Part shown: piece after piece, positions 45,644 to 60,300 of the stretch
How positions within the stretch are numbered: position 1 is the stretch's first letter
Layout of the letters: each line of letters begins with the position of its first letter
Assembly: GCA_047495785.1 (NCBI GenBank)
Contig: JBLDXI010000032.1
Coordinates: forward strand, 2,294,001 to 2,358,000
Source of the DNA: Lepidodermella squamata
Lineage: Eukaryota > Animalia > Gastrotricha
Length of the DNA stretch: 64,000 bases
Reading direction: 5' to 3'
The notes under the pieces: generated by a model
What the model was told of the DNA's origin: nothing
Databases searched by the model: none
Seen by the model: only the letters and a program-made list of their open reading frames with translations
Program-made: the position numbers and the translations under genes

Positions 45644-48600
45644 TCAATCTATCGCGATCGGTACGCCCTGATCGGTGAGTTCTTTCTTTTTCATGATAAA
45701 TTCTTGCGCCAATTGAGCTTCGCGCAACGCTTCCTGTTCAAGTTGCAACTGTTCATTTGCGAAGACTGTATGCAGAATGTGCTCAAGTTCTTCGGCGACT
45801 GGCTGAAAGTTATCTGGCAGATCAACCATGTACTCGGGTAGCTTGAATTCTGGCGATTTGGCATTTTCAACGGCAGATGGAGGTTTCGAAGTTTTCGGCG
45901 ATGAAAGTTCGCTATTGAGAATCTTCAGGTTTCGCGATGTGCCCGATACAACATCCGGCAAATTGTCCGCCACGCATATCATGCAAATTTCATCCCGAGC
46001 AGAAGCGTCGTTCAGCAAAAACGCCGAACCGCATCTCTCTCGGACGTCAAATCCAATACCGTGAGCTCGGCATAGTTGAAAGAACACAGCTCGGCTGACT
46101 GATTTCAGCCCAGAATGTCTTAACGGGTAGGCAAAGGCAGCGTATCTTTGCTTTGGTTTTGGAGGCGGTTGAACCAGTCGTCGCCTGGTCACAATTTCAG
46201 GAACAAGCGTAGCTTCAACTCGATGTCTATCTGGGTTGTAATTTCCCTCGGTTAAGAATAGGAATAACTGCATCATTGAAAGTTGAAGCGAATAGCCTAG
46301 CTTCAATCCAGTTACCCACAAATTAGTCAGTGGCTGTTATAAAATATTATTTTCATAATTTAAATAAATCAAGATTTTGAAAAATTTACCTCAGATTTGT
46401 CGAAATCGTCGCTCAACACAGATATTTCTTTCTTAGTTAAAGAGTTTGACCTCGCTCGGAAATTCTGAAGCGCGACTAGGGATGGAGGTGGCTGAGGCAG
46501 CACAACCAGGTCAACACAGACATAGCCGACAACACCTCGATCTCGGCATGTTTCAGCGATTCGACGGCATCTTTCATTCAGCATAGTCGCATCAATCGAC
46601 GTTTGGGGCATGGTCGCTCCCAGCCTGTTGTAACGCTGATTTGGGACGGTGAATTGATCACCGGATGATACTATTTGATGGCCGCCGTCTGGCTCGACTA
46701 GAATGTCGACTGTCACAGTTGTAGACCCGGCTGGAGCCGCGGCTTCAATCATACCACCTCGTTTTGATAATGCCTCCAAAAATGCTGCTCCACTTTCGTA
46801 AACCCACGGGCAACTTGGCTTAACGAGATTAGCCAGGACATTTTTCCCCTGAAATTCAGATTGCAACTTTTGAGCCGCTGCTTCTTGCGACCAGCCCAAA
46901 AACCATTCCTGAGAATAGAAAATGAAGAAAAAAAAAGCCAATTAAATTCGGAAATTATTACATCGCCGTATCTGGCCCTCTCTCGAACTAGTCTTTTGAC
47001 TGGAACGTAATCTTGAAGATCAATAACAGCAGTGCCTCGGCCATTGCGTTCGTCGTCGATTTTGAGCAACCATATTAAATATTCGGTATTTCCCGCAACA
47101 AGGCGAGACAACGCTTCAGCGACTTGTTCTACCGAATGGACGTCGGCCTGGCCTGGTGGTAGCTCGACATTGGCAGCGACCAAAAGACGATGAGCTCCAG
47201 ATTTACATCCGTAGACTCGAGCAACATCAGGCTCTGGGCCGAGTAGAGGCAAGCCCAGCTCAGCAGCGACAGCCAAATCGTCCCATGAAACCATGCCCGG
47301 GACGATGTAAGCGTCCCGACCAGCAGTTAACGCTCGAAGTCGTGACAGTGATTTCGAGCTATATTTTAGCGTAGCCGAATTTTGCAAGTAATGAGTGGGA
47401 AACCGGCCGATTGTTTCTGGTACAACAATTGCATAACGATCATCTGCTGGTCGAGCGTCGGAAGATGAGCCTGTTTTGATAGCGGTTAGTAGGGCGAGAA
47501 GTTTGGCAAGGTACTGGTTATCGTCAGGTGAAAACCTAGCCGGTGAAATGTAAATTGTATCCACCAGTGGATCTCGAATTTCGCATAACCGTGCCACCTG
47601 AGAGTGCTCCGATCGAGCGACCAATGCGCCCATCGAAGCTCGAACATGCTGCGGCAAACCTAGGGATGGTAAATGAATAACAAGTCGCCGACGGTTTTTC
47701 ATTCTAGGCCAGGCTGTGGCTAGAGCGGCAAGTCTGCTGCGGTAGGCTTCGAGATGGTCAGCCCTAGATTGTTGAAGTAAGCGGCGAACACGAGCCAGCT
47801 TTGCATTCATCAACCAATGCAAAGCGACAAGAGCTGTTCGCAGTTTAGACGCACGCCAGGCTTGATAACGTTTCCTTTCGATAATTCCTCGCCACCAAGA
47901 CTGAATGAGAGTCGCGGCAGCTACGTTACCATTTCGGCCCATGAATCTACGGCCAGGTTGATTTAACAGCTCCTCGACCTCCAGTCGATTGATTATAAGA
48001 TCAAGTAATTGTTCTTTATTAAGCGGATCCCCGGCATTGACTTGTTCGGCAAGTGGGTGTAATTTTTCTATGCTGACAAAAGCCAGAGGGATGGCGAAGT
48101 TTTGCAGCAGCAACTCGATGGCATCGAGGACGGCCCTAATCATCGGCCATTTAGTATCGCTACTTTGGCGTAATTTATCAAATTCTGGCCCAGGTCGAGT
48201 TATACCATGTTGAATAGCCAATCTAGTCTCCGCAATTTTGATGATCGGGGCAGGAGAAACCGGCGGTGGCTACAAAAACCAAAAATATGCCTATAATTTC
48301 TCAAAAGTTATATCAACAGCCTACCCCTGGTATCCCTGTGTCACGATTTGTAGTAGCTGTGGCAACTGTTTGTCGGGTATTAGGCGGAGCATTGCCAAAT
48401 GTGACTGAAGCACTTTTAGGGGGAGGCTTCACCTCGGGTACTTCGGGAGGTGGCTCTCTGATTTGAGGCTTCAGGTTAAGAGAATGGACAGGCTGCGGCG
48501 TTATTAAAATTTTCGACGTTTTAGGAATAGCTCCACGCTGGGTAGCAGCAAGCAGTCCATTATTAAATGCGACGTCTGCGCTGTGTTTCGCCGCAGCTTT

Positions 48601-49159
48601 GGCATTGTAAGGTATTTTAGCGAGAACCAATCCAGTTACCGGTTTCTTTTTTTCGGCAACGGGTTCTTCTTCACTGTCGACGAGTGGGACCAAAACAGGT
48701 AACTGCACACCCCAATGATCTTGCAATATTTGTCGAGACTGATTTGACTCTGGGTTGCTTGCAAGAGCTATTATATCAGCGTTTTTAAATAATGGCTGGT
48801 ATTGAGTCAGTTTTTTCGGGCGTCCTGTCAGTATGACGGGGCGATCAGTTGGAGTAGGAAGCATCAATGGAGCTTCTGACATGCGGTTCGGCAGGAGACC
48901 ACTGGTTGCGCTAGACGGATGTGCCATCTATTTGAAAGCATCAATAAATCAAGAAAAGTATTTCTTGCGGAAAACAAACTTGAAGGAGTTTCGAGGTATT
49001 CGTAACCGCCGTGTTAAGTTCAGATGGCTCAATGCCATAAGCTGACCTTAGCTGAGTCTGCAGCTGAACTAAATCCAAATGAACTTTTTCGATAATTTCC
49101 TGTACTTTCTGCGATTCTCCAGCGGGTGCCGCCTTATGAACAACGTTGCTGGTCAACAT
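45644..49159 (-). CDS. IQCH: IQ motif-containing protein H, multi-exon
   Basis: IQ motif AATLIQSWWRG; RRLVIHLPSLG; ARLCEIRDP; GRDAYIVPG; RAHGIGFDVRERCGSAF. Confidence 0.88.
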
Positions 49160-50143
49160 TTTCCAGCCTAGTAAAGATTAAAAACAACTCATACTCATAG
49201 GAAAGAAGAACTGATCTTTATCAGTATAAGGTATATTTAAAACGTTTGTGAGTCAGAACGCTATTTGCAATTGGCAATCAACTGTCGTAAGATATGAGAA
49301 AGGAGTGATCATATAATCAAACACGAGGAGTCAAAGGCTAAGCCTGAAGACGAATAAAAATGCACTTGCAATGCTGAGAAAACAGTTATTTGTATAATCG
49401 CACAAATCAATTTCCGATAGAAGCTTTGAGTTACAAGTAGTTCTGAAACTCAGACCGCGGTCAACAGAGTCGAAATCAAAAGCCTCCCAATTATGTGACG
49501 CTGCATCCATGGCAACAAATATAGCAAAATTTACTTTTTTAATAATTTTGACAACAAAAATAAATTGTAAATATATTACATTTTTTTACCTGTATTACGA
49601 TGATACCTTGACCGCATGTTATTAGCTGGTCGACGAAAAAATCCACGATTCGACCTTTTGAGGTCTTTAGCTAGGTACTAGATAATAATGTTTTCGTTTT
49701 TTTCCTCGTCAAAGTCGCCTTAGACTTTTGAGTGCTGCCAGAATACCCGCTATCAACTGCCTATTCAATAATATTCGACAATAGACCCTGTCCAAGTTGC
49801 GATTTCGCCAACGACATTTTGCAAGTTGGAAATTTTTAAAGTAACAAAGCCAGTTCCCTCTCAGATTGCTACTGAACAGGTAAAGTTCATCCGGATAAAA
49901 AAACTCGACATTTCACTCAGATTCACTTGTCGCTTCACATCAGCCAAAACCGGACGCCGCAAATATAAGCAAAAAGTCGGACGGAAAGTTCCACAGCTGT
50001 CTAGCAAGAAAGCTCAGGTTAACCTACTAAAGTTTTCAACTCCAGCAAAACATGGATCTTGATGGATTTCAAGACAGACATTCGACATTGAGACACCTGA
50101 CCTGCCAATTTTACGGGCGATTTCGCAGATATCGCGTGGTGGG

Positions 50144-50296
50144 CGGTGGGCGACAGAACGACCTGTCAATAAGAGAAACAAATGGCGTAGGAAACACTGG
50201 CGCTTAGTTTTTCCGGCACGCGTCTGACTTGGTGGAGATGCATAATAGTATTAGGCTATTTGTTTCAATTTTGGCAGGTCGTTCTGTCGGCCACCG
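50144..50296. mobile_element. Small MITE-like inverted repeat
   Basis: cggtgggcgacagaacgacctgtcaa...ttggcaggtcgttctgtcggccaccg (~26-40 bp imperfect TIR). Confidence 0.6.
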
Positions 50297-52523
50297 GAAA
50301 GATCCATCATGCATCATCCGGAAAGATATTTCTTATGCATATTATTTACACACTTGTTGCGTTGCAATTAAACGCGCGATAATGACAGGAGAATGGTATG
50401 CTTGATATGATGAGAATTACTCAGTAACAATACCGCTACAAGAAACGAATGATGAATTGTGATGAATTGTGACTGCTTCTAAAAACCTCGTCATTTTTAT
50501 GCGAAGCAGATAGCAGATAGATATGTACGCCATCATTATTCCTGGAAACTATGAACGCAGGCCCTGACTTCGTCGCATAGCCTCATTGTCAAATTTCTTG
50601 AGCATCTGCGAAGACCGAAAATCGTTCAGCTCATCAGACGATTTCCGCAGCTGTACCCTTGCATATCCATGAAACATGGTCTTTGTTTGGTCTCTTCTGT
50701 CCTTCATTGCTTCCTCCGCTGCGAAGTGCTGCTGGTGAGTACGGTTGACGCGTAGTTCGTCTCAAGGCTACGTCTTCCGGAACATTCGACGATTCGAGAA
50801 CCATGTTCAAACCTGCCATGTTATAGATATATAGTCAAAATTTGTTTCCAGCTCTTAGATAAATATGCGAAAACATTTTTAGGGTTTTAGTCCCGCTCGA
50901 GTGACCTCCTGTGATTGATTCCAAAGTGTATATTTTTATTTTTTCATGTTAATTCGAGCTGCTATTACTCAAAAAGACTATTAACTGCAATTCTGCTTAA
51001 CTGCTGCTATTAACGTATGGCAGCAATAAAAGTGCGCCCAAGTTGCCAACGCTCATTTACTGAAAGCCACATGTCATCAATTCTGCCTGTTCCGTAGTAC
51101 AAAATGTCGTTTAAACACCAGCCGCTCTCAAATACCGTGATTCAAGCGACGCAAATACACCTTCGGAATCGAAGAATGGAAGGCTTTTAGAGAAACAGTG
51201 TCCCGTCAGGTCCCCATGATGAGAGTTTCGAAATGAAAAGCGCGCGCAGAAGAATTTGAAAAAATAGCGCCTATATAAAAATAAATTTAAGGATTTACTC
51301 CTAAATTTTTATTTTAATACAATATGTGTAATTTCATTTTTATTTTATGTGAGGCCCGTCCTCTTAAAATTCCTTTTGGGTAGTTGTGGCGCGCGGAAGG
51401 CTGTGGCTTTTTTTCAGAACACAGAACCACTCGATTCGCGGGACACGGAAAGCCTGGTTTCCTGTAAATGAGTGACACTAATGAAAAGCTTTGATTTTCA
51501 GCTACATGTGGGTATATTTTTCTATATAAACCATAGCAAAGGCCAAAGGCCTGAGCTGAAACTCCGAAAGTTCAGCTAACCTTGTTACATGGTATATAGG
51601 ATGTTAACGGTGTGCCTTTTTCTCTATTCCCTGTTTCCTGTTTCCTGGTGCCGGGTGATTTTCTCTCATCGTTGCTGTCCTTGCCCTACCCTCTCCATTC
51701 TTTGGGTGGAGAAGACCGTGACCCATCCTGGTGATTTGAACTGCTGTTGAAGATGAAGGTATCACAGGAACATCAGTCCACCGTCCACTTTTACTTGATT
51801 TTCGTGTGCCAATTTTCCTGCTATTTTCTGTATAGGTATTCCTGCCGTTTCAATCCTCAACCATGTATTCGCGCGTCATGTATTACCACACTTATTACGA
51901 GCCTCGTCCAATTTCATTGGTAAACGTGCCATCTAAGATGGCTTTCTGCTTGCTTTCTGCTTGCTTGGCGATCGTAACCTAAACTGCGATCTAAGTACTA
52001 GTTAACTATGAACTTTTGTTTGCAGGAGATCGCTTAACCATCTGCTTACTGCTTACTACATTTTAGTTGGCTATTATCCCATCTCAGCTAACATTCATGG
52101 AATACTGATATTTTTGAGATGAGAAAAGGGAGTTCCGACTGTGCTCGCGAAATTCGCGAAGATTATCGCATGTGCAATAATCTATTTCCTGATTCGATGT
52201 GCGATGCCTCAGCAAAATATAAGATACACTAGGATACCAAAGGTTTCTTCTGTCAACTAGACGTGTTGGTTTTCACCATGATCTATGATCGAGTAATTGA
52301 CTTATATGTTCAATTTTGAAGAATACTACACATTGTTTATTGTTTCCATCTTAAAATTAGAAAGATTGTTATCTTTTGCTGATTGTTAATTGGTTTCTTT
52401 TTCACTTAACGAGGCCCGTTTCTTGTGTCATGGTTTCATTCTTCCTTTTAGTTTATAAGTAGTAACTAACTCAAACATCTCTTACAATTAGATACCGGTT
52501 ACTGGTTAATTGAACCATTTCGA

Positions 52524-52970
52524 ATGTTGATAAATGCTCCGTCTAAGCAATTTCTGCTTTCTTTATGCGGAATTCTAGTGTTAGCATTAATGCCATTGGG
52601 ACTTCGAGTAATGGCTTCAGCTTGCAACTCATTATCGACAGCTGCCGCATCGAAATTCAACGTGATCTATGTCACCTGTCCTAATAGTGAGGTATCTAAA
52701 TCAATCGCTCGCGGTCTGATTGAAAACCAACTCGCCGCTTGTGTTAATATAATTCCCAAAATAACAAGCGTTTATCGCTGGGAGAACCAAGTCACTGAAG
52801 ACGATGAATATTTATTGGTGGTTAAATCGAAGTCTGCTGTATTTGACAAACTGGCCGAATATGTGAAGAAGAACCATTCCTACAAAGTGCCTGAAATAAT
52901 TAGCTTACCCATTCAACAAGGATCTGCTGACTACCTCAACTGGATTGAGACTGAGGTTAAAGAACAGTGA
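52524..52970 (+). CDS. CUTA: CutA divalent cation tolerance homolog with hydrophobic N-terminal extension, single exon
   Basis: VIYVTCP, LAACVNIIPKITSVYRWE, HSYKVPEIISLPI...YLNWI. Confidence 0.95.
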   Translation: MLINAPSKQFLLSLCGILVLALMPLGLRVMASACNSLSTAAASKFNVIYVTCPNSEVSKSIARGLIENQLAACVNIIPKITSVYRWENQVTEDDEYLLVVKSKSAVFDKLAEYVKKNHSYKVPEIISLPIQQGSADYLNWIETEVKEQ

Positions 52971-53062
52971 ATCGATATCAAATAGAAGCTGTTCTTCAAG
53001 TTTTCATGTTTCAACTATATAGCTATTGTTGATTTTAGTGTTAGACTACTTTAATTTTTACA

Positions 53063-53833
<771 letters not shown>

Positions 53834-54275
53834 GTCACCATCGTCCGTCACTATCAACGTTACCCGGCTGTTAAAAATCAATACCAATAGTAGTTGACAC
53901 AATGTCACATTACCTATCATCGCGTTTAACCGCTCGATTCAAGTTCAAGATAGCTATTTCTTTAGTGATATCATCTCGGTCCCTGAAACCTGACTACATG
54001 TAATGTGTGGCGCATAAAATAAAAGAGATTTTTGCCATGGAACGACTTTTGTAAATAACAATTTTAATAACTCAATTTCGTGTAAATATGACAAAGACAG
54101 AATTAAGCAAGGCATGAATAATAAATTTCTTAACACACGAAGTTACATTTTAAGATGAGATCACAAATTTTTATCACATCTTTTCAAGCGTTATTATCCA
54201 GCTTGAGGCTTTAACGTTGATATAATAATTTAGGTAAATTTATCACAGCAGAAATAAACCACAGATATGTCAAAA

Positions 54276-57200
54276 TCACTTCTTAGTATTAACGCTATGA
54301 GCTACAGAAGTGCCACTTCTTGCACTCGCAGCAGGCCCAACGCTGCTGCTCCCAGCAGCACCCATCAGTTGCTTTCTCTGCTGCTCCAAGATTCCTTCAA
54401 GATGATCAGCACGGCGCACGGCAGCTTCGTATTGCGACTTCATTTGTGCCATGACCTCTTCTTTCTTAGCAATAGCTTGCTTTACCCTGAAATACAGTTA
54501 TATATTACGGAATGGTCAAGTCGTGAAATGGTGTCATACCGTTGATGAATTTCATCCAATTCAACCTCTTTCGATCGTTGAACCGTCGCTATCTCTTCGC
54601 GTAATCGATCGGCTTCGGACTTGGCCCGAGCTCTTTGTTCAGCAAGTTCTGCCTTCATGCGTCCGTTCTCTTCTTCGACGGCAACTGAGAGAGATGAGAT
54701 ACAATTAGCTCGATTTCTTAAAATTTAATTGAAACAAACCCAAGCGATCTGCCAACTCTTGTCGGACAATATCAGCGACCCGACCACGCTCATCGCGCAA
54801 TTTTTGCAAATCGGACATAAGATCATTCAACTCAGTCTCCTTTTGCCGCAAAACTGCACGAACCCTCTCAAGCTCACCCTCCGTTTCAGCCAGCCGGGCC
54901 TTCGTTTCGTTGTATTTCGTCGACGTTTGGCGTTCCGAGCGTTCGAGTTCGTTAATTTCCGAGTCATATTTCTCGCGCAAACGCTTCACTCGATTCTCAG
55001 CTGATCGCTCTACTTCCTCGCGCTGACGCCTAGTATCGGATTCAAGCTGATTTATCACCGACTCGATTTCTCGATCTCGTTCCGTGCGAACCTTTTCTTT
55101 CAGTTCGCGCTCTTTAGTCATCAGCCACGTTTCTTGTTTCTTCATATACTGTTCTTCCCACATCTGCTTCTCAATTTTGACCCTTTCTTCGAACTCACGA
55201 AGCTCTTTCTGAAACAGCAGAAAACATCTCATGAACAAGTTGTAATTTGAGCTGGTTAACTCACCGAATGCCTGTCTTCTTGGTCCTTCTTAGCTCGATC
55301 GTATTCTTGTCGCATCAGCTCTAACGCTGATTTGTGAGTTTCCTCCAACTGCCGCTGCAAAGATTCCAGTTCAGAGCGTTGGCGCTGGCTTTGATCGGCC
55401 AAACGTTCCCTTTCTGCCGCCACTTCTGCGTACAGCCTGAGAGAGTAAGCCGAAATTTAAGAAAAATTGTGGAAATTTCGGAATTATTTACCTTTTCTCT
55501 GTTTGCTGAAGCTGCATTCTTTCTTGACTAAGAGCTGATTCGTACCGCTGTTTCGCTAGCTCTCTTTCGCGCTTGCAAGCCTCTTCCTTCTCGTCAGCTA
55601 GCTGCTGGCGGAGCTCTTCGACCAGTTTCACATATTTTTGAGCAGCTCTTTCATCGGTAGCAAGCATATCAGCCTCGTGTTGAGATTTAATCTTTCTGAT
55701 TTCGTCTTTGTGCTGCGCGATTAAGCGATTTATTTCAGGCTCGAGGCCTTTTACCGTGGCTTCCTTGATCTTCTTTTCACGTTCAGCAATCCACTTTTCA
55801 CGGCGAAGCTTTTCTGCAGCTTGCTCGAATTCGCGAATTTTCTTGATTTCAACAACATGCTGTTCTTCCATGTCTTTCAGCTTGGTCGCTGACTTTCTAT
55901 CGAGCTCTCGTATTTCGTTGACCAAGGTCTCACATTTTTTCGTCAATCCTTCTTTGTCTTTGATCAATTGATCGATAAAAGCGTCATGCCGCCGAACAAC
56001 AGCTTCGTACTCTTCGATTTGAGCCTTCATTTGCTTATTAGATTGTTCTTCCAGTTCTTTGGTTTGTCTGTTAGCCAACTCTCGTTGCTGAGCTAATGCT
56101 TTTTGCAGCATTTTAATTGTGTGCTGTTTTGCTTCGAGTTCAGCTTGTTGTTGTAAGCATTTGCTGGTTATTTCGGCAGAGGCTCGTTCCAACTGTTGGA
56201 GGTCGGCAACTTTTGCAGCCGTAGTGATGTTTTTAAGAGCCATTTTGATATCTTCTTCTTGCCGGACCATAGCTTGGTCGATGTCCTCCATTCTTCGCTG
56301 AGTACATTCTACACCATCCAAATACGTCACAACACTTTCAGCTCGCTGACTTAACGGCAGTGGAAGCCATGTCGATAAGTCTTCCTTTTGCTCAGTAACT
56401 TTTACAGACTTACTCAAGCTTGCTTTCCTTTCGCGCCTATTTTCATCCGATGATGGATCTCCTCGAGGCGAAAGTTTGGTGGAGCTGTCCATGCGATTAC
56501 TCGTTACTGTTGTTTTCTCCACCTCCTCTAGCCATGCCAGCGTTTTGTTTGTTGGCAGCTTTGCTTCAGATGAATCATCGCCGCTATTCTTGTTTCCAAA
56601 AACAGGATCTTCCTGCAGCTGATGTAAAGTTGCCAAGAGGTCTTCAAGTGTAGATTTAGTCCTAGCAATAGCTATCGAGCTTGACAAGGCGTCTTCACCC
56701 AAAATAGGCAGTTCCGGGTTTGCTGTGTACGTTGGTACGTAATTACTAAAAGCTTCATCATTAGCAGCAAGTTCAGCCGTGTTTGAAGTGAGCGTCCTCG
56801 CTGATGATGATCTTGAAATACCCAATTTGCTAACAGGCTGCTTTGCTTTCGACTTCCCACTTAGCTTTCCTTCATTTTCCAGCTTAGCAAGCTCTTCTTT
56901 AGCCTTTTTCTCGATATCTTGCCGCTTTTGCTCCCGCAGTGCTTTCAATTCTTCAACAGCTTTCTGACGAAGAGCTTTTCCTTGATCAGAAAAAACAGAG
57001 GTCTTCTTGGTAGTCACCCCAAAAGGTGGTTTCTTTGAACTTTCGCGGTTCAAAACGGAGGAATATTGTCGGTGCTTCTGAAAAAAGATATGAAACCCAG
57101 GGATAAATATGAGATTCATCAACAAGAGAACTAACATCTTTGATAATTTGTTGAAGTGAGTTTTTCAAGAAAGATGATTCTGTTCGGTTGCGGCGAAACC

Positions 57201-57862
57201 AACGCTGAATTTTCTTAGCAGCCTCGGTGCGTGAAAGACTTTGATTTGATTGATTCGAATTGGACTTGCCATGTTCATTCCGATTGCCTTCCAGTTGTTG
57301 CTTGATTGAATTTTCAAGTTGAACGAATTCATTAAGACTGTCAGCATGAAGATCATCTCGTACGCGCTGATGCGATGGAATGGCGGGAGTAGGCGAGGAA
57401 GAACTTGCAGTTAAATATTTTTCAGGTTTTAAACCGTTTCCAAGTTTAGAGCTGGATGTTTCCTGTCGATTCACGGGCTTTGAGTGAGTCGGAAAACCCA
57501 ACCAATATTCGTCAATCGAATTTTCGGTAGAAGTTCCGTCGCTAAGTAGAGGTTTTGACTTGCCGCTATCCCCGTGAATAACCATGTAAGGATTTGAACA
57601 ACCGGATGATTTGGTTTCAGATGAAGATGGCGCCATACCAGAGAATGATTTCTCTGTTCGAGTAGACAAAACTGATGGAGAATTCATTCCCTGCACAATA
57701 AAGTGTTTCACAAATCCGCTAAAGCAGCAAAGTTGAACATACGCTACTGTTGTTAGACTGGGAGCCGATCCGGCTGCGTCGAATTGAGTCAACGGCCTTA
57801 GAATTGATGGAGAAAGAAGCTCCGTTGAGCGTGAGACCTTTCTCACTTTTCTTCGAGTTCAT
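54276..57862 (-). CDS. CEP131: Centrosomal protein 131 (AZI1), multi-exon
   Basis: IQ-like AAKKIQRWFRR; RHDAFIDQLIKDKEGL; EKLRREKWI...KIKEATVKGLEPEI; RDREIESVINQLE; VKQAIAKKEE. Confidence 0.92.
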
Positions 57863-59075
57863 TGTCAATCAGGAAAGACGCATTGTTTATTTCAGGCCGA
57901 AAAAATGTGACACACGAGCATTCAAACGTTCTAACGCAAAAGGAATGAAATAACTAAGAACGCTTTCAAAAAATTTGAATAATTTTTTATTCTAATTTTA
58001 ATACTAAAATAATTGTTTAAATTGATTTTAAATTATTTTCAACAGTGAAATCATTTGAAGCCGCAGGTGAAGTTGCAGTCCTTCACCGCGCGAATCTTGA
58101 TTCGCGACAGAATTCGCGAATTCGAAGTTCGAAGTAACAAGTTTTCGCGCACACATCGTTAGTGCTCGTCGTTTTCGATCCGTTTATGGAGTTCGGTCCA
58201 AACGGTGACTCAAGATTCGTTTTAATTTGGCTTTTCGATTTGTATTTTTCTGCAACAAGAGAGTCCGGCTTGAAAATTGAAAACAGGGAATCGCCGATGG
58301 AAGTTAGAAGAGATGCCACGAACAATCACATTGGCTCATAAAGAAAGCGACACAATCGACGATGTATTATTATGCGTCGAGCGAAAGGGGTTTTTCGCAT
58401 AAATGTTGCTTTGATACTACACATAGGTCACATAAGATGAGCAATAATCGTCAGCCTGTTGTTTGAAATTGTGACACTTCCCCAAATTCCAAATTCTCCG
58501 GAAGACGGAAAACCCGCCATTGATTTTTCAGCTAGTGGTTTTACAATGAGGCGTGCTCTATTAAGCTACTCCCAAACTGCATAAGACCCTAGAGAATGAA
58601 AGAATTTTAGAAGCAGAAGCCTGGAGCAAGGCCGACCCCTTAGTTGGTGGTTACTTGCTCGAAAGCCTAGAGCAAAGTCGCCTACTCGCAGCGATTCTTA
58701 ATCGAGCAGGTGTCTGAATGGACCAAATAGATCAATGCTCTATTTCATAATTAATTTTTTATCCCATAGCGCCTAACACCGAATTATCGGTAACTGGTCT
58801 CAACTTATCAACCCAAGCCCTGGTAAATCATCAGAAGGTATCAGGGTCTAACCATTGAGACGTAGTACTTCTCATAGGTCTAACATCCATCCATCCATCC
58901 AGATACTGCAATTATTTGTTACACGCTGTTGAATTCTTCAGCGCCTTAATTTGACAGAAAATCTATTCAGTGCCAACGTTCGTCTTGAGATGTTTTCAGC
59001 AATGATCATAAGTCATAAACCATATAGCTTATAATAAGTTATCACAACCACGCAAATTTTATTCTACTCGATTAT

Positions 59076-60020
59076 TACCGTCACTTGGGGTAATCTGGGT
59101 CAGTGGGGCTATTCGGACGAATGTTCATGAAAACGGGAGAATGAGCATGGCTCAAAAACTACCCGGCCGTTGGCAGTGAAATTTTGCACGGAGTTAGGTG
59201 GAAAGACGACCCATATGCTATAAAAATTTCATGGCCTGAGAGTAAGTGGTTGTAAAGATATGGCCTTACCTTTCAGGTGTAAGTTTGACTCAGTTTAAGC
59301 ACTGTTCTGCGTTGAATTACCTGGACCCGAAGAGAATTTTGCTGGACCTGCGCCCAATTTTTCCTGAATCTACAGACGCTAGGGCACCCATGAAAATTAA
59401 AAACGCCCCGATCCGACTCGTACTTTTGTCTAATTAATTGCGTCCTTTTAGCCCCACGAAAAAATGATGTTGTCGGGCTATTCGGTCTGCCATTTGAATA
59501 TGCTAATGAACTGCGTTCTTCAAAGGTTTCTTACTTATTAATGCGGACTTTAACTTCATTTCCATTTTAATTTTTGAATGAGCTGGAAAGGCTGCAGAAG
59601 ACTAATTTACTGGTGTCATACGACAGTGCCAATTAATTAATTACGACTATAATTGACAAATAATTCAACTAAAAATCAGTGTTTTAGTTTGCTCAAATTC
59701 TTGGGCATAAAAATGAAAATAAAAAAATTTTGCGGAAAAAAATTGCTCCGCGGCGTGGACTCGAACCCTGCTTTCGTACTTTGCTATGCTTTCTAGAAGC
59801 ACATCCCAAGCCACTCGACCACTGAACACAGCATATTAGTAATATTTGAATTGAATATTTATGTATCATTAATAGCCCCACACCTGTCCGAATAGCCCCA
59901 TCCGTGGGGCTATTCGGAATCCTGGTTCCATTGGAATCAGGACCTTCTGAAACGTGTAAAAATGCAAAAAAATCAGGGGGTCATTTTTTTTCGCCGTCCG
60001 GATAGCCCCAACTGACGGTA
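59076..60020. mobile_element. Tc1/mariner-pogo-like non-autonomous DNA transposon (TA-flanked) with internal ggggctattcgg repeats
   Basis: ta-ccgtcacttgggg...ccccaactgacgg-ta; internal ggggctattcgga / ccgaatagcccca motifs near 59105, 59475, 59888, 59906 and 60000. Confidence 0.8.
59745..59828 (-). other. tRNA-derived (Ser/Leu-like, long variable arm) pseudo-tRNA or SINE head inside the TA-flanked element
   Basis: Minus strand: A-box agtggtcgagtgg, stem-loop tgct-tctagaa-agca, B-box ggttcgagtcc; acceptor stem does not pair. Confidence 0.5.
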
Positions 60021-60300
60021 GCGTAAAGCAAGCACAATCTGACTTAAAAAGCCCGACATATTTCTGTTGAAGAAATGTTGAACGCTCATATTAAGTCGTG
60101 CGAAAATAAGTAGTTTTAAATAAAATAGCTTTCAAATTTCCAAAAATGAATGCATTTGGCAACATAAATCTCGATTGTAGTTCATGAAAGCGAATACTGT
60201 GTCGCAACGTGGACATAGAAAAATACATTCAAAAGTTCCAGTTGCCGATTGCTTGGCTATTTTTTCCTGAGGGTTTAATGAATAAAATAATGAACGACAT

